Source of the DNA: Octopus vulgaris
Lineage: Eukaryota
NCBI GenBank assembly: GCA_951406725.2
Contig: OX597834.1
Location: 2,046,001-2,110,000 of the forward strand
Direction: 5' to 3'
Length of the DNA: 64,000 nt
Below, one piece after another: positions 37,419 to 48,600 of the stretch (positions are counted from its first letter, which is position 1; each line of letters opens with the position of its first letter). Below the pieces are notes generated by a model, which worked only from the letters and a program-made list of their open reading frames with translations, searched no databases and was not told the DNA's origin. The translations under genes were made by a program, and so were the position numbers.

Positions 37419-38455
37419 AGTGTGTTAATAATTTTTTTAGCTTCAATGTTCTGAGTTCAAATTCTGCTGAAGTTGACTTTGTCTTTCATCCCTTTTGGGG
37501 CCAGTAAAATAAGTACCAGCCATGCACTGAGGTTGACGTAATTGACTAACCCATCTCCCCTGAAATTGCTGGCCTTGTGCCAGAATTTGAAACCAACATT
37601 TTTACTTTCAATTCGTCATCATAAACTGAAAGGATGTTACGAATATAATCACACCAGCAGCCGACAGTCTATGTGGTCATTCAACCTGTTAGAAATGGCA
37701 GCTAAGTCTCCCTCAAATCATACTGTACCATCTTACAAAATAGAGGGACACACTGATGTGATCCTACAAATACTGTGAAATTAAGATGAGATGATCATAG
37801 TTAGAACGTCTGCTGAATCATGGTCAGCCTAGGGCTAAACAATGGCAACATCTTCATCTTGAGACACCAAAAGAGCCTCTATGTGGTCAGTTGAGCTGCT
37901 AGAAATAACAGCTAAATCTTTTTTCAAATAATCCCCATTATCAACAGGATAGCCACAGTGTGTGCCATCTGAGGCAGCCTGTGACTTTTCTGCATCCTCC
38001 CCCCCCCACCTCTTATACAGTCTTATATTGCAGACTCCAAAGGTGCCACCCTCATAAAAACCGAAAGTGCCCCACCCCCACCCCCGCTTTGGACATTGTA
38101 GTCTTGAGTTCGCTGGGTATTGGAAAAAGATGGGGTAGCCACAGCTGGAATGTCTTTGATCGCAGGTGTGATTAATCTAAAGGCTGACCTGGGGTTAAAT
38201 AACAACAGCAAATATGAAGCAGCAAAGAGCACATTAGATAATGTAGTCTAAGATACACTATACCTGAATAAAAGATGGAATGGTGATGGTCCGTCACACC
38301 AGGAAAGAACGCATTACATAACGTAGCCCTAGATACACTATGTGTGACTAAACGACGGGATGGTCATGGTTGTATTAAGTCCACTAGATTGGGCGTGACC
38401 CAGGGATAAACATAGCACGCCTTCCTTTAAAAATTTTAAAAAAGCGATGTCTCAC

Positions 38456-38848
38456 CAATTCCCGTTCCGGTCGGAATCTCCTGGTCGCCTGGCTCTCCCT
38501 GTTCGTCACGATGTCCTTCCTGATGTAGTCCAGTTCTTTCTCCAGCCTCTCCTTACACCTGGTGCCCGACACAATTTCATAATTCACCTTCACCAACGCC
38601 CGTCTTAATTTCACCGTCACCTCCCTCATTAATCGACAATATTTCAATATAGCATCATTAGCGTGTCGGACGAGGACATCTCTGAGGAAAGGCGACGGGT
38701 CTGTCGACTTTCTGGCAGCCACATATTTCTCAGTTCTCTGCATTATTCCCTGCGACACCTTCATTCCTCGCAAAGTCCTGCTACGCCATTCTTCTGTCCC
38801 AATCGTTAGTTCTGGCATTTTAGCCGAAACCCTTTCTGTTTTATCCAT
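38456..38848 (-). CDS. CCDC105: Tektin-like CCDC105/TEKTL1, coding exon 1 (131 codons)
   Basis: ATG at 38848; ...LEKELDYIRKDIVTNRESQATRRFRPEREL then gtgag donor; resembles CCDC105 '[26 protein letters not shown]' as recalled, with a tektin-like RPxxE motif. Confidence 0.85.
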
Positions 38849-39084
38849 TATTATTATTTATTTTAATTCCTCTTTCGTCTTCTTCCTCTTTCAACTGTTT
38901 CACGTCTTTTTATATTTGAAAATTTTAATTATTTGTTTTGCTTCTTTTTTAATAAATTAAAACTAGTTTAAATAATATTTATAAAGATATAAATTAATAA
39001 ATATAGGAATTTTTTCCGGCATAAAAACGAGTTACAAGAAATATCTTATATATTTATATTTTGAGTCGGACTAAGATGTTTGAC

Positions 39085-39185
39085 AGTCGACATGTTTAGT
39101 TTATTTTTTAGGGAGTCGCGTCGGTATCTTAGCAACAGCTTCAGATAACAGTTCCGCAGAAAGGCTCTTACGTCAACCGTTCGCA
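39085..39185 (-). promoter_or_regulatory. Candidate ciliary-gene promoter of CCDC105 (RFX X-box)
   Basis: GTATCTTAGCAAC at 39124-39136 (X-box-like), TGTTTA forkhead-like site near 39093, MYB-like TAACAG and CAACCG, CRE-like TTACGTCA; relatively CpG-rich patch within AT-rich DNA about 280 bp upstream of the ATG. Confidence 0.5.
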
Positions 39186-39628
39186 CTAACACAGTAAGAA
39201 GAATTAATCAGCCAGAAAACATTGAAATAAAATTTTTAAGAAAATATATTTCATTGAAAGATATAGCAAAATTGCTCTTTTTCATAATATCCGGTTAATG
39301 GTAATTTTTTTAATTTTTTTCTGAGAAAAAAATTATGTTATAAGCAAGAAATGCCAGCTATTCGAGTTGGCGATGTGATTTATGATTAATGACAATGGTG
39401 TTAGATTACGGAGGAAATAAATAAATGGTTTTAGATATATTTATTATTTTCTATTTATTATATATTTTTATAAATACCAACAAGGTTTAATCCATGAAGT
39501 GGATTGTCACGCCATTTCCCATTTCGTATTTAAACGCTCAGTTACTAAACATAGACAATTTCTAAGAATCACATGCATGACTGAACACACACACACACAC
39601 GTACATGCATGGACACACATACAAAGAC

Positions 39629-39672
<44 letters not shown>

Positions 39673-39888
39673 GCACACACAGAAGCTATGTACTGTTAGT
39701 AAGAATGGTAAAACCAGCAAAACTGAGTCATAATTTCTCGCCAAACATGGCAAGTCATTATAAATGTGTGTGTGTGTGCATGATTTTTATGAATATATAT
39801 AAACAAACAAACACACACGCACCATCATCGTCATCATTTAACTTCCGTCTTCCTTACTGGCATCAGTTGGACCAAGAGTGTAACTATA

Positions 39889-39955
<67 letters not shown>

Positions 39956-40446
39956 CTGTGTCTGTGTCTGTTTCTCCCTCTACCATTACTTGACAACTGA
40001 TGTTGGTGTGTTTATGTCCCTGAACTTAGCAGTTTGGCAAAAAGAGACCGATAGAATAAGTACTAGGCTTACAAAGAATAAGTCCTGGGGCTGATTTGTT
40101 CGACTGAAGATGGTGCTCCAGCATGGCCACAGTCAAAATGACTGAAACAAGTAAAAGAATAAAAAAAAATATATACATATATATATATGTACATATATAT
40201 ATATTCCATTTTTTATATATATATATATTTAAATCATAATTTTAATTTTAATTTCATGCAACCAGTTATTGAAAAGACCATTAGTTGAAAGGACCAATGA
40301 AACAAAACTGATTTCAAATGTGTCTCTATCAGTAATTGCATACTTATTCATATAACCTTATTTTTGTTCCATTCTCCGGGAACATGAAACTCTGAGTAAC
40401 AGTTTTCATGATGTCTTTGCAGCTTTATTAATAAAGTGTGTGTGTG

Positions 40447-40478
40447 TAGATAGATAGATAGATAGACAGACTGACAGG

Positions 40479-40570
<92 letters not shown>

Positions 40571-40645
40571 GAGACGGACAGACAGACATAGATTGATAGA
40601 GAAATAGATAGATAGATAGATAGACAGACAGACTGACAGACAGAT
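40447..40645. repeat. (AGAT)n/(AGAC)n tetranucleotide microsatellite
   Basis: Direct reading. Confidence 0.95.
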
Positions 40646-40980
40646 TCAATAACAGTGCTATTGCTGTAATCATTGACAACCACTCATGCTCAACGTATGT
40701 GTTTTTCTTGTACGCTGGTTCACTGCTGTAAACGACCTGAAGGACGTCCCCCCCCCATTAAAACACCTGAAAGTCATAGACAAGTGAGATCTGGTGCAAG
40801 TTGTCTCACCTGCCTGTGACTTTCATCCAGCTCATTTTGAGGCTCAGAGTCTATGGCTGGATGCCCTTCCTGGTGCCAACCCTCACCTGTTTCCAAGGAA
40901 CATAATATTTCCCTCAAGGACAGACAGGTTTTTCACAGAAGATTGAAAATGAAAGATGCCACCTGTATGATGGTGATGCT

Positions 40981-41293
40981 CAGTGGCGGACTGGCCAGGT
41001 TGCCAGCTTGCCCAATGCAAGTGGGCCCCTGCACCATTAGAATCCATATATAGGGGCCCATGTTAGTATCTAAGGGGCCCATCCCCTTAAGTTTGAGAAT
41101 TTTTTATTCACTCCTGGAAGAATGCATTAATTATTTCAGCCTGGCTGTGTTTGTAGACAGGTGAAAAGAATACTTTTAACAAAAAAAAAAATGATAGCAT
41201 TGTAGTTGTGGGTGGGCCCCTCCCTTAGTCTCCTGGGTGGGCCCCTCCCTTAGTCTCCTGGCAACCAAAATTTTTAGACCCAGTCTGCCACAG
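40981..41293. mobile_element. hAT-type MITE with 8-bp TSD
   Basis: TIR CAGTGGCGGACTGG / CCAGTCTGCCACAG; TSD GTGATGCT at 40973-40980 and 41294-41301; internal 25-bp tandem duplicate. Confidence 0.88.
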
Positions 41294-41759
41294 GTGATGC
41301 TTACTTGCAACTAACATAGCTAGGCAAAAAGACAGCAACACTCATGCACACACACACATCTTCATCTTCATCATCATTATCATCATCATCATTTAACGTC
41401 CATTTTCCATGCTGTCATGGGTTGGACAGTTTGACAGGAGTTGAGCAACAGAAGGGCTGTTCAGGTTCCCCGTCTGTTTTGGAATGGTTACTATGGCTGC
41501 ATGCCCTTCCTAATGCCAACCACTTTACAGAGTGTACTGGATGCTTCTACACAGCACCAGTATGGGTGCTTTTTACGAGGCACCAGCATTTACAAGCCTG
41601 CAAGTTTAGGGATGTTCAGCTGGAGGGGTTGCAAGGGATGGGCCAGTATGCAAGGGTAACCATGCCATGTGTATACACATGATGGGATTCTTTCAGTTTC
41701 CGTCCACCAAATCCACTCATAAGGTTTTTGTTGGCTCATGGCTATAGCAAAGGACACTT

Positions 41760-42066
41760 GAGTGGAGGCACATGGCCTAGTGATTAGAGCAGTAGACTCA
41801 TGGTCGAGGGATCGTGGGTTCGAATCTCAGACCAGCCGATGTGTGTGTTTATGAGCAAGACACCTAAGCTCCATGCGGCTCTGGCAGAAGGTAATGGCAA
41901 ACTCCTGCTGACTCTTTCGCCACAACTTTCTCTCACTCTTTCCTCCTGCATCTTTCAGCTCACCTGCGATGGACCGGCATCCCATCCAGGTGGGGAACCT
42001 ATACGCCAAGGAAACCAGAGAAACCGTCCCTCACGAGCCAGGCATGGCTCGAGAAGGAACAAACAA
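41760..42066 (+). mobile_element. SINE family 3 copy nested in an antisense family-4 SINE, 12-bp TSD
   Basis: CAAAGGACACTT at 41748-41759 and 42067-42078; the host SINE resumes (cccaaggtgccatgcagt...) after the insert. Confidence 0.85.
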
Positions 42067-44629
42067 CAAAGGACACTTATCCCAAGGTGCCATGCAGTGA
42101 TATTGAAACTGAATCTATGTGGCTGGGAAGCAAACTTCTTACCACACAGCCACCCCAACATCAATTAAGTTTCATACTAACAAAGTTTTCTGCACTTTGA
42201 AAGCCAGTCCAGATAAAAGGCACCGGTGCTGGTGCCACGTTAAAAGCACGCAGCATGCACTGTAAAGTGGTTGGCATTAGGAAGGGCATCTAGCTGTAGG
42301 GACCAAAGTAAATCAGGCTGGAACTGGGTACAGCTTTCTAGCTTGTCAGCTCTGGTGAAACTGTCCTATCCATGCCAGCTTGGAAAATGAATGTTAAATG
42401 ATGATGGTGATGATGAAATCATTTTGTATCAATTAAAAAGTCAAATCACGGGAAAATTCCATTTTTGTGTGGGTGTGTGCATGTATGCATATGTCTTCTA
42501 ATTTTACTTAGTAAGTCAAGAAGAAGAATTAAAAAAAAAATAATTTGGATTATATTTTTGAAAAATAATTCTCCCGCACACTGTATGTGACATATAAAGG
42601 TTAATGTGATTAAAATATTACAAATATTTCTTGCTAATTTATTCGTCACTGAAAGTCTTGTTTGAATGTCAACTCAAAATGAGATTTTCTTAAATTTTCA
42701 GAGGAACTGTTCTCTTCTAACAATCATTAATCACTCTGAATAATGTCTAAGTAAACTTTGAATCCAATCAATCATTCAAAATTTATCATATTTGGCCAGT
42801 CATTTGCTTGTTACGAAACACGTTGGAGGAGATTTATTCAATTCAAAAGTTAGAAATACAATCCTACAGCGTGTGTTAATTATGGAAGGGTTGATAGATT
42901 TGAGGTTATATTTTAATGATTGTTGTGACATTATGATTGATGTAACTCTGTAATGGAATCACCATTTTAATAACTTCACAACTCAGTCTATATAGTTATA
43001 TTCCTGCTTAATGGTTCCTCCAAATTTGCTGCACATTCAGTCTACAAGCGCAACAATTTCATTTCATTTAAGCTGCTATAGAAAGGACAGGCAGGAGAAT
43101 GTAGTCATTTATAAACCAAGACAGGATTGTCAAAACTGGAACAAACTTTATCAAAGTGTTGTGTGATTAGGACTAATCTTAATGTGTAAAAGAGATTCAG
43201 GAATGTTGCGCCTCACCATTTATAATTCCTTCATTTATATATTCATTTCTTTATACACATATACATAGATAGGCCTTTTGTTCCTTCTTATCAGAAGAGT
43301 GCCAACACTTCATTGCACCTTGCGTGACCATATATATACATGCAAGATGTTCATCCCATCTTCATTCTGTAATCACATTCACAGATACAACGCTTGGAAC
43401 TATCTGTTTCCTGGCATCACCAACTGGGTTGTGGTCTCACGGATTTTACCATGCCTTGTCAGCTGACTTGCTTATTGAATTACACTCATAACAAATGTGC
43501 CATGTAGGACATGCCAGAAGAATAATCTCACAAGTTGCTTGATTGCTCCCAGGTTAACGAGAGTACAGGTGGTTGACCACTCCAGCTCTTGACAGAAGAA
43601 ATCATCCACACTCATTTCAGCTGAATTTCTGCTGGCACTGCACTGAAGTATTCACTGCTTATGGAGTGAATACTTCGGAGCAGTTATCCTCCACTCACTC
43701 TTGCTCATAGACATTACATCTGTTCCTGACAAAACCTCCATAATGCAGAGTTTTCAACCAATACCTTCCACTCATCCACATCCATCTCCAAAGCTTTCAG
43801 ATTGACTTTCATTACATCCTTAAATCATCATCATCATCATCACTGTCATCATCGTCATCATCATCATCCTCGCCATCATTATTATTATCATCATCATCAT
43901 CATTATCATTATTGTGATCATTTAACGGCCATTTCTCAAGCCGGCATCAATCAGATGGTTTCACAGAATCTGGCAAGCCACAGGGGCTGCATTGTGCTTC
44001 AGTGTGGTTCTTTGACAGGGTCTCTGTGGTTGGAAGCCCTTCCTAATACTTTACAGAGTGTGGACTGGGTGCCTATTTTTCTTGTGCCACCGGCACTAGT
44101 GAGGTTGCCGAGTAACTTTGAAGACTGGATGAGGACCAGAAAAGAGAGAAAAGCCCTTGACTAAATGGTGGGAGGGAATATTTGAGAGAAGTGAGGGAGT
44201 GGCTTTATGCCAGCAGTTGGGAGGATAAAATACGATTGAGGGTGACACACTGGTGTCTAGTCAGAGAGAAGGTACCTGGTCACCCACCATACAGGACATA
44301 AAGAGTGGATAGGGGTAGCTGGGAGGAAAATGAAAAGTTAGTGATGGGGTGTCAGAGTGAACCTTGAAGGGGCAACAGAGAATATGGTGTGGAGGGGGGG
44401 GGCAGTGGATCAGGAGAGGGAAGGAGTAGTAGGGTGGGTGGGTATAAGAGTGTGAATGGAGAGTAACAGGTGGTTAGGGGTGGGTGGGGTTGAGATGAAT
44501 GTAGGGAGTGGTGAACAGGAGTGGGGGTGTAACTTGAGAAATATAAGTATGTTGTTGCGCACGTGTGTGACAGAGAAGTTATGCCCTTTTGTTTTTTTCC
44601 CAAGTCAATGCTGCTGTCTCTCTACAGTT

Positions 44630-45075
44630 GTGAGGCCCTGGAGAGACAGAGTACACAACGGAAGACCATATGTCTTCCAACCAGACTCAAGACTAGGACA
44701 ACCCAAGCGTAGATGTGCACCAACCTCCATGATCATGTTCTCCCAGACACATGGCCTCCTGGCTCACCACACCTCAATCCACTGGACTATTTACTTAGGA
44801 GTCTTAGCCAAGGTCAATCAACCCCATCACAACACACAATCTGTCTAATTACATCCAAACTTGAAAAAGATCATCAGATTCAGGCTTGTCAATACTTTTG
44901 ACCCCCTACTTAAACAGCCACTCATGCTAACGGGAGATCCATTGAATAGGTGTAACAAAAGGGGTCCTCAAGGCTATTTGGCTCAATTTGTTTCCAAATG
45001 CAGTTTTTCTTTGATGAGATACAAACTTTTTTTCTAAATTCATTAGAAATAACCTCAAAAATCTGACACATCCTA
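44630..45075 (+). mobile_element. Tc1/mariner transposase remnant
   Basis: GRPYVFQPDS...HVLPDTWPPGSPHLNPLDY motif. Confidence 0.75.
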
Positions 45076-45078
45076 TAC

Positions 45079-45122
<44 letters not shown>

Positions 45123-45384
45123 TAAGCTCACCCAAATACACATAAATAATATACATGAAGAGGTAAGTGGAAAAGAGAGAAGAAAACATGAGATGTAGAT
45201 TGAGGGAGGTGAGGGAGAAAAGGATGGTGGGGTGTATATGTACAGAAATAGAAGAAGGAGAAGATAGAGGGTGAGAAAGGAGATGGGGAGAGCAGAAAGA
45301 AAGAGAAAGGGAACACAGATATAAAGAAGAGATAAAAACTACATAACATGATATATATATGTGTGTGTGTGTGCGTATATATAT

Positions 45385-45416
<32 letters not shown>

Positions 45417-45468
45417 GTGTATGAGTGTATATATATATATGTGTGTGTGTGTGTGTGCGTATATATAT

Positions 45469-45500
<32 letters not shown>

Positions 45501-45523
45501 GTGTATGAGTGTATATATATATA

Positions 45524-45593
<70 letters not shown>

Positions 45594-46482
45594 CAGACAT
45601 GTATATGAGGAGGATATGATGTGGGGAGAGTGGGAGAAACAGCAGCACCAATGCCAACGACCCCAACAGCAGCACTACAGCTGGAGATGACAAACCACTC
45701 CAACACCAACAGCACCAGTGGTGCTGCTGGTCTCATATCCAGTATTAGCAACATCAGCAGCTACATCACCATCGGCAACAGCAGCAATGTGACCAGGGAT
45801 GACTACAGCAACAACAACAACAACAACACCCACAGCACTGATAAATGTTAAATGGCCCTCCGTCAGCTATGATGATGGGAGTTCTAGTTGATGTGAGGAA
45901 TGGAACAGCCTGCTTGTGAAATTAATGTGCAAGTGGCTGAGTACTCCACAAACATGCATGCCCTTAACATATCAGGGAGATTCAGAGTGACACAGAATGT
46001 GACAAGGCTGGCCCCTCGCGAATTACAGGTACACCTCATTTTTGCCAGCTGAGTGGATTGGAGCAGCGGGAAATAAAGTGTCTTGCTCAAGGACACAATT
46101 CACTGTCAGGAATCGAACTCACGACCTTCTGATCATGAACTGAACGCCCAAACCACTGAGCCATGTTGGACACGTTTGTAATGAGTCCAGCTGCACAAGA
46201 TGGTGTCATACCTGACGACTTGAGCAGCAAATATCATTGTCTACAAAAGTAAAGGAGATGCAACAGAGAGAAGAAAGATGAAAGTTACTTCACACTTGAT
46301 GAAGAGTAGAGTTAGTGTTGAAGCGATGCAGTTAAGATTTGTTCTTTTCTTCCTAAAATAACTGCAAGAGAATTACTTAGGAATGAAACACTGTAAGGAC
46401 GATTTGTTGATAGGGAGAAGGTGTTTGACATGGTTCCATGCTCTGTAATGTGGTGGTTGCTAGGGAAACTAAGGGGTCGATC

Positions 46483-46698
46483 AACCCTTTAGCATTTAAA
46501 CTGGCCAAGATATCTTGCCTGTCTTATTACTAAACTGGCCAGCTCTGGCCTCTCACACTAACCCTACAATGTCATTCTAAAAAGCAACAGTTACCTCTTG
46601 AAAATCTCATAGCTACAAGATTAATGCCTGATTAATACAAGACAACGAGAATAAATAAGCATTCCTTATGAAAGAATAATCTGAATTCTTAAGGGTTT
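46483..46698. mobile_element. Small piggyBac-like MITE inside an RTE RT remnant (about 46400-46830)
   Basis: AACCCTT...AAGGGTT termini with TCAA/TTAA-like flanks; the flanks read EKVFDMVPCSVMWW and QVWVHEGSLL, a degenerate RT. Confidence 0.55.
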
Positions 46699-46878
46699 AA
46701 TGGCTTGTGGGGTCTTTGCAAGCTATGTACAGTAATGTAGTCAGCTGAGTGAGGGTCAGTAATGAGAAAAGCAATGAATTTAACATGCAGGTATGGGTTC
46801 ATGAGGGCTCACTCCTCATGATACGACTCCCTTTTTACCTTCTGTTGCTGCTAGTCACCACTCCAGCCTCTGACATCC

Positions 46879-46919
<41 letters not shown>

Positions 46920-47395
46920 TCTCTCTCTTCCTTATCACCAGTCATGTAGTCTCTTCCATTACCCTCTGCCTCTACTGCCTCTCCCATTAAACTCTACCAT
47001 CACTGTCTCTCTCCCATTACTCCTCCTGGGTCTGTCTCTTCCACTTTTCCTTTCTCATTCCTCTCATTCATCTATGACATCCACTCTCTCTTGTTTAGGG
47101 GTCATCTTGTCTCAAACAAACTGCAATAACACAGTGAGCAGTGGTAAGGATCCCTTTTTCTAGTTGCGAAATTCACAGCAACCCCTCTAGTACCAGTGTT
47201 TTGATAAACTGCACCCAGTACACTCTGTAAAATGGTTGGTGTTTGGAAGGGAATCCAGCTGTAGAAGCTAAAGGAGAAAGGAGCCCCGTGGGTGACACAT
47301 GGCTCATGTAGTCAAAGAGGGCCAGAAGACCCGAATAAGACTGGGCTGACCCCTTCAGTCTTTGTTGATGCAGTTCGATGGAAAGTGGATGATGG

Positions 47396-47427
<32 letters not shown>

Positions 47428-47628
47428 ATATATAAACAGAAGAAAGAGACAGAAAAAGCAAGACTCAGAGGAAATATATCTCAAGGTAGGTATCTATGTG
47501 TGTATGTTGGAGGGATAACACACACACACACACACGTATATATAAACTCATATAAACATATGTACATATATGTATGTATACAGATGAGGTATACATACAT
47601 ATATATATATATATACATATACACATGT

Positions 47629-47629
<1 letters not shown>

Positions 47630-47681
<52 letters not shown>

Positions 47682-47706
47682 CAGGCAGACAGACAGACAG
47701 ACAGAC

Positions 47707-47785
<79 letters not shown>

Positions 47786-47790
47786 TAGGC

Positions 47791-47842
<52 letters not shown>
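47630..47842. repeat. (AGAT)n/(AGAC)n tetranucleotide microsatellite
   Basis: Direct reading. Confidence 0.95.
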
Positions 47843-48054
47843 GTAGAAAAGAAAATGATATAAAAAGTGAGAGATAAAGAAAAAATGTTGAGAAAAAGAG
47901 AGATGAGATATAAGATAGAGAAACAGAAAGAAAGAAAGAAAGAAAGAGTGAAAGAGATAAATATAGAGAGAGAGAGAGACAGCGACGTAGAAAGAGAGAG
48001 GCGGGGGGGAGAAGTAGAAAGACAACAAAGACTGGGCGGAAGAATAGAAAAAAA

Positions 48055-48140
48055 GCGAGCGACCTTGACCTTTGAGTTGAATCGAGATCGAGGCTGAGTG
48101 AGTGATGACGTCAGAGAGGGGTGTTAATTGATCAGTTGGA
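48055..48140 (+). promoter_or_regulatory. Candidate core promoter of the taperin-like gene
   Basis: GACCTTGACCTT nuclear-receptor-like half-sites at 48061, palindromic CRE TGACGTCA at 48106-48113, Inr-like TCAGTT at 48132-48137, about 470 bp upstream of the ATG. Confidence 0.5.
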
Positions 48141-48600
48141 GACAGAGACTGGTGGAAGCAGCAGCAGTAGCTAGCAGTAGTAGTCAGATATATACACACA
48201 TATATACACCTCCTCTCTCTTTTTATTTAACTGAACCACCACCACATTGTCGGACTATATATATATATATACACTCACTCTCTCTCAGCCACGGAGACCC
48301 TATTTACTCGGACTTTTATTTATTTCCTCGTTCTTATGAAATTTCCTTCCCTCCTTATCTCGTTTTTCTTCACATCCGACAGTCGAGTGGACGTGTGTGT
48401 TTAATTCATTCTTGCTGTATGTATGCATGTGTGTGTGTGTGATAGTGTGTGAGTGAGTGTGTGAATGTGTGTGCGAGTATGGATGTATGTGTGTGTGAGT
48501 GAGTAATTGGTTCCGGAAAGGAAGAACTGGAATTTTGTGTGTTTTGTTCTGTCTTGAGAAAGGAAAAAAAAAATTAATAATAAAGGGGGAGGGGAAAAAG

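Noticed and set aside
43250-43800. Possible coding exon(s) in a GC-balanced stretch (also about 59500-59950)
   Set aside because: Stops in all plausible frames; a faint RW..HLA motif suggests a very old LINE remnant, too degraded to call
45073-45754. ORFs of more than 200 aa on the minus strand (also 47465-48199, 39609-40094, 28969-29329, 60645-61303)
   Set aside because: They are translations of (AT)n, (AC)n and (AGAT)n microsatellites (YIYI, HTHT, LSIY), not genes
46456-46469. Good X-box match GTTGCTAGGGAAAC
   Set aside because: Falls within a decayed RTE reverse-transcriptase sequence, so probably chance
48499-48600. N-terminal extension of the 717-aa ORF from a GTG start
   Set aside because: Eukaryotic gene; the first ATG at 48601 has good context (AAGATGG) and coincides with the family-like N-terminus
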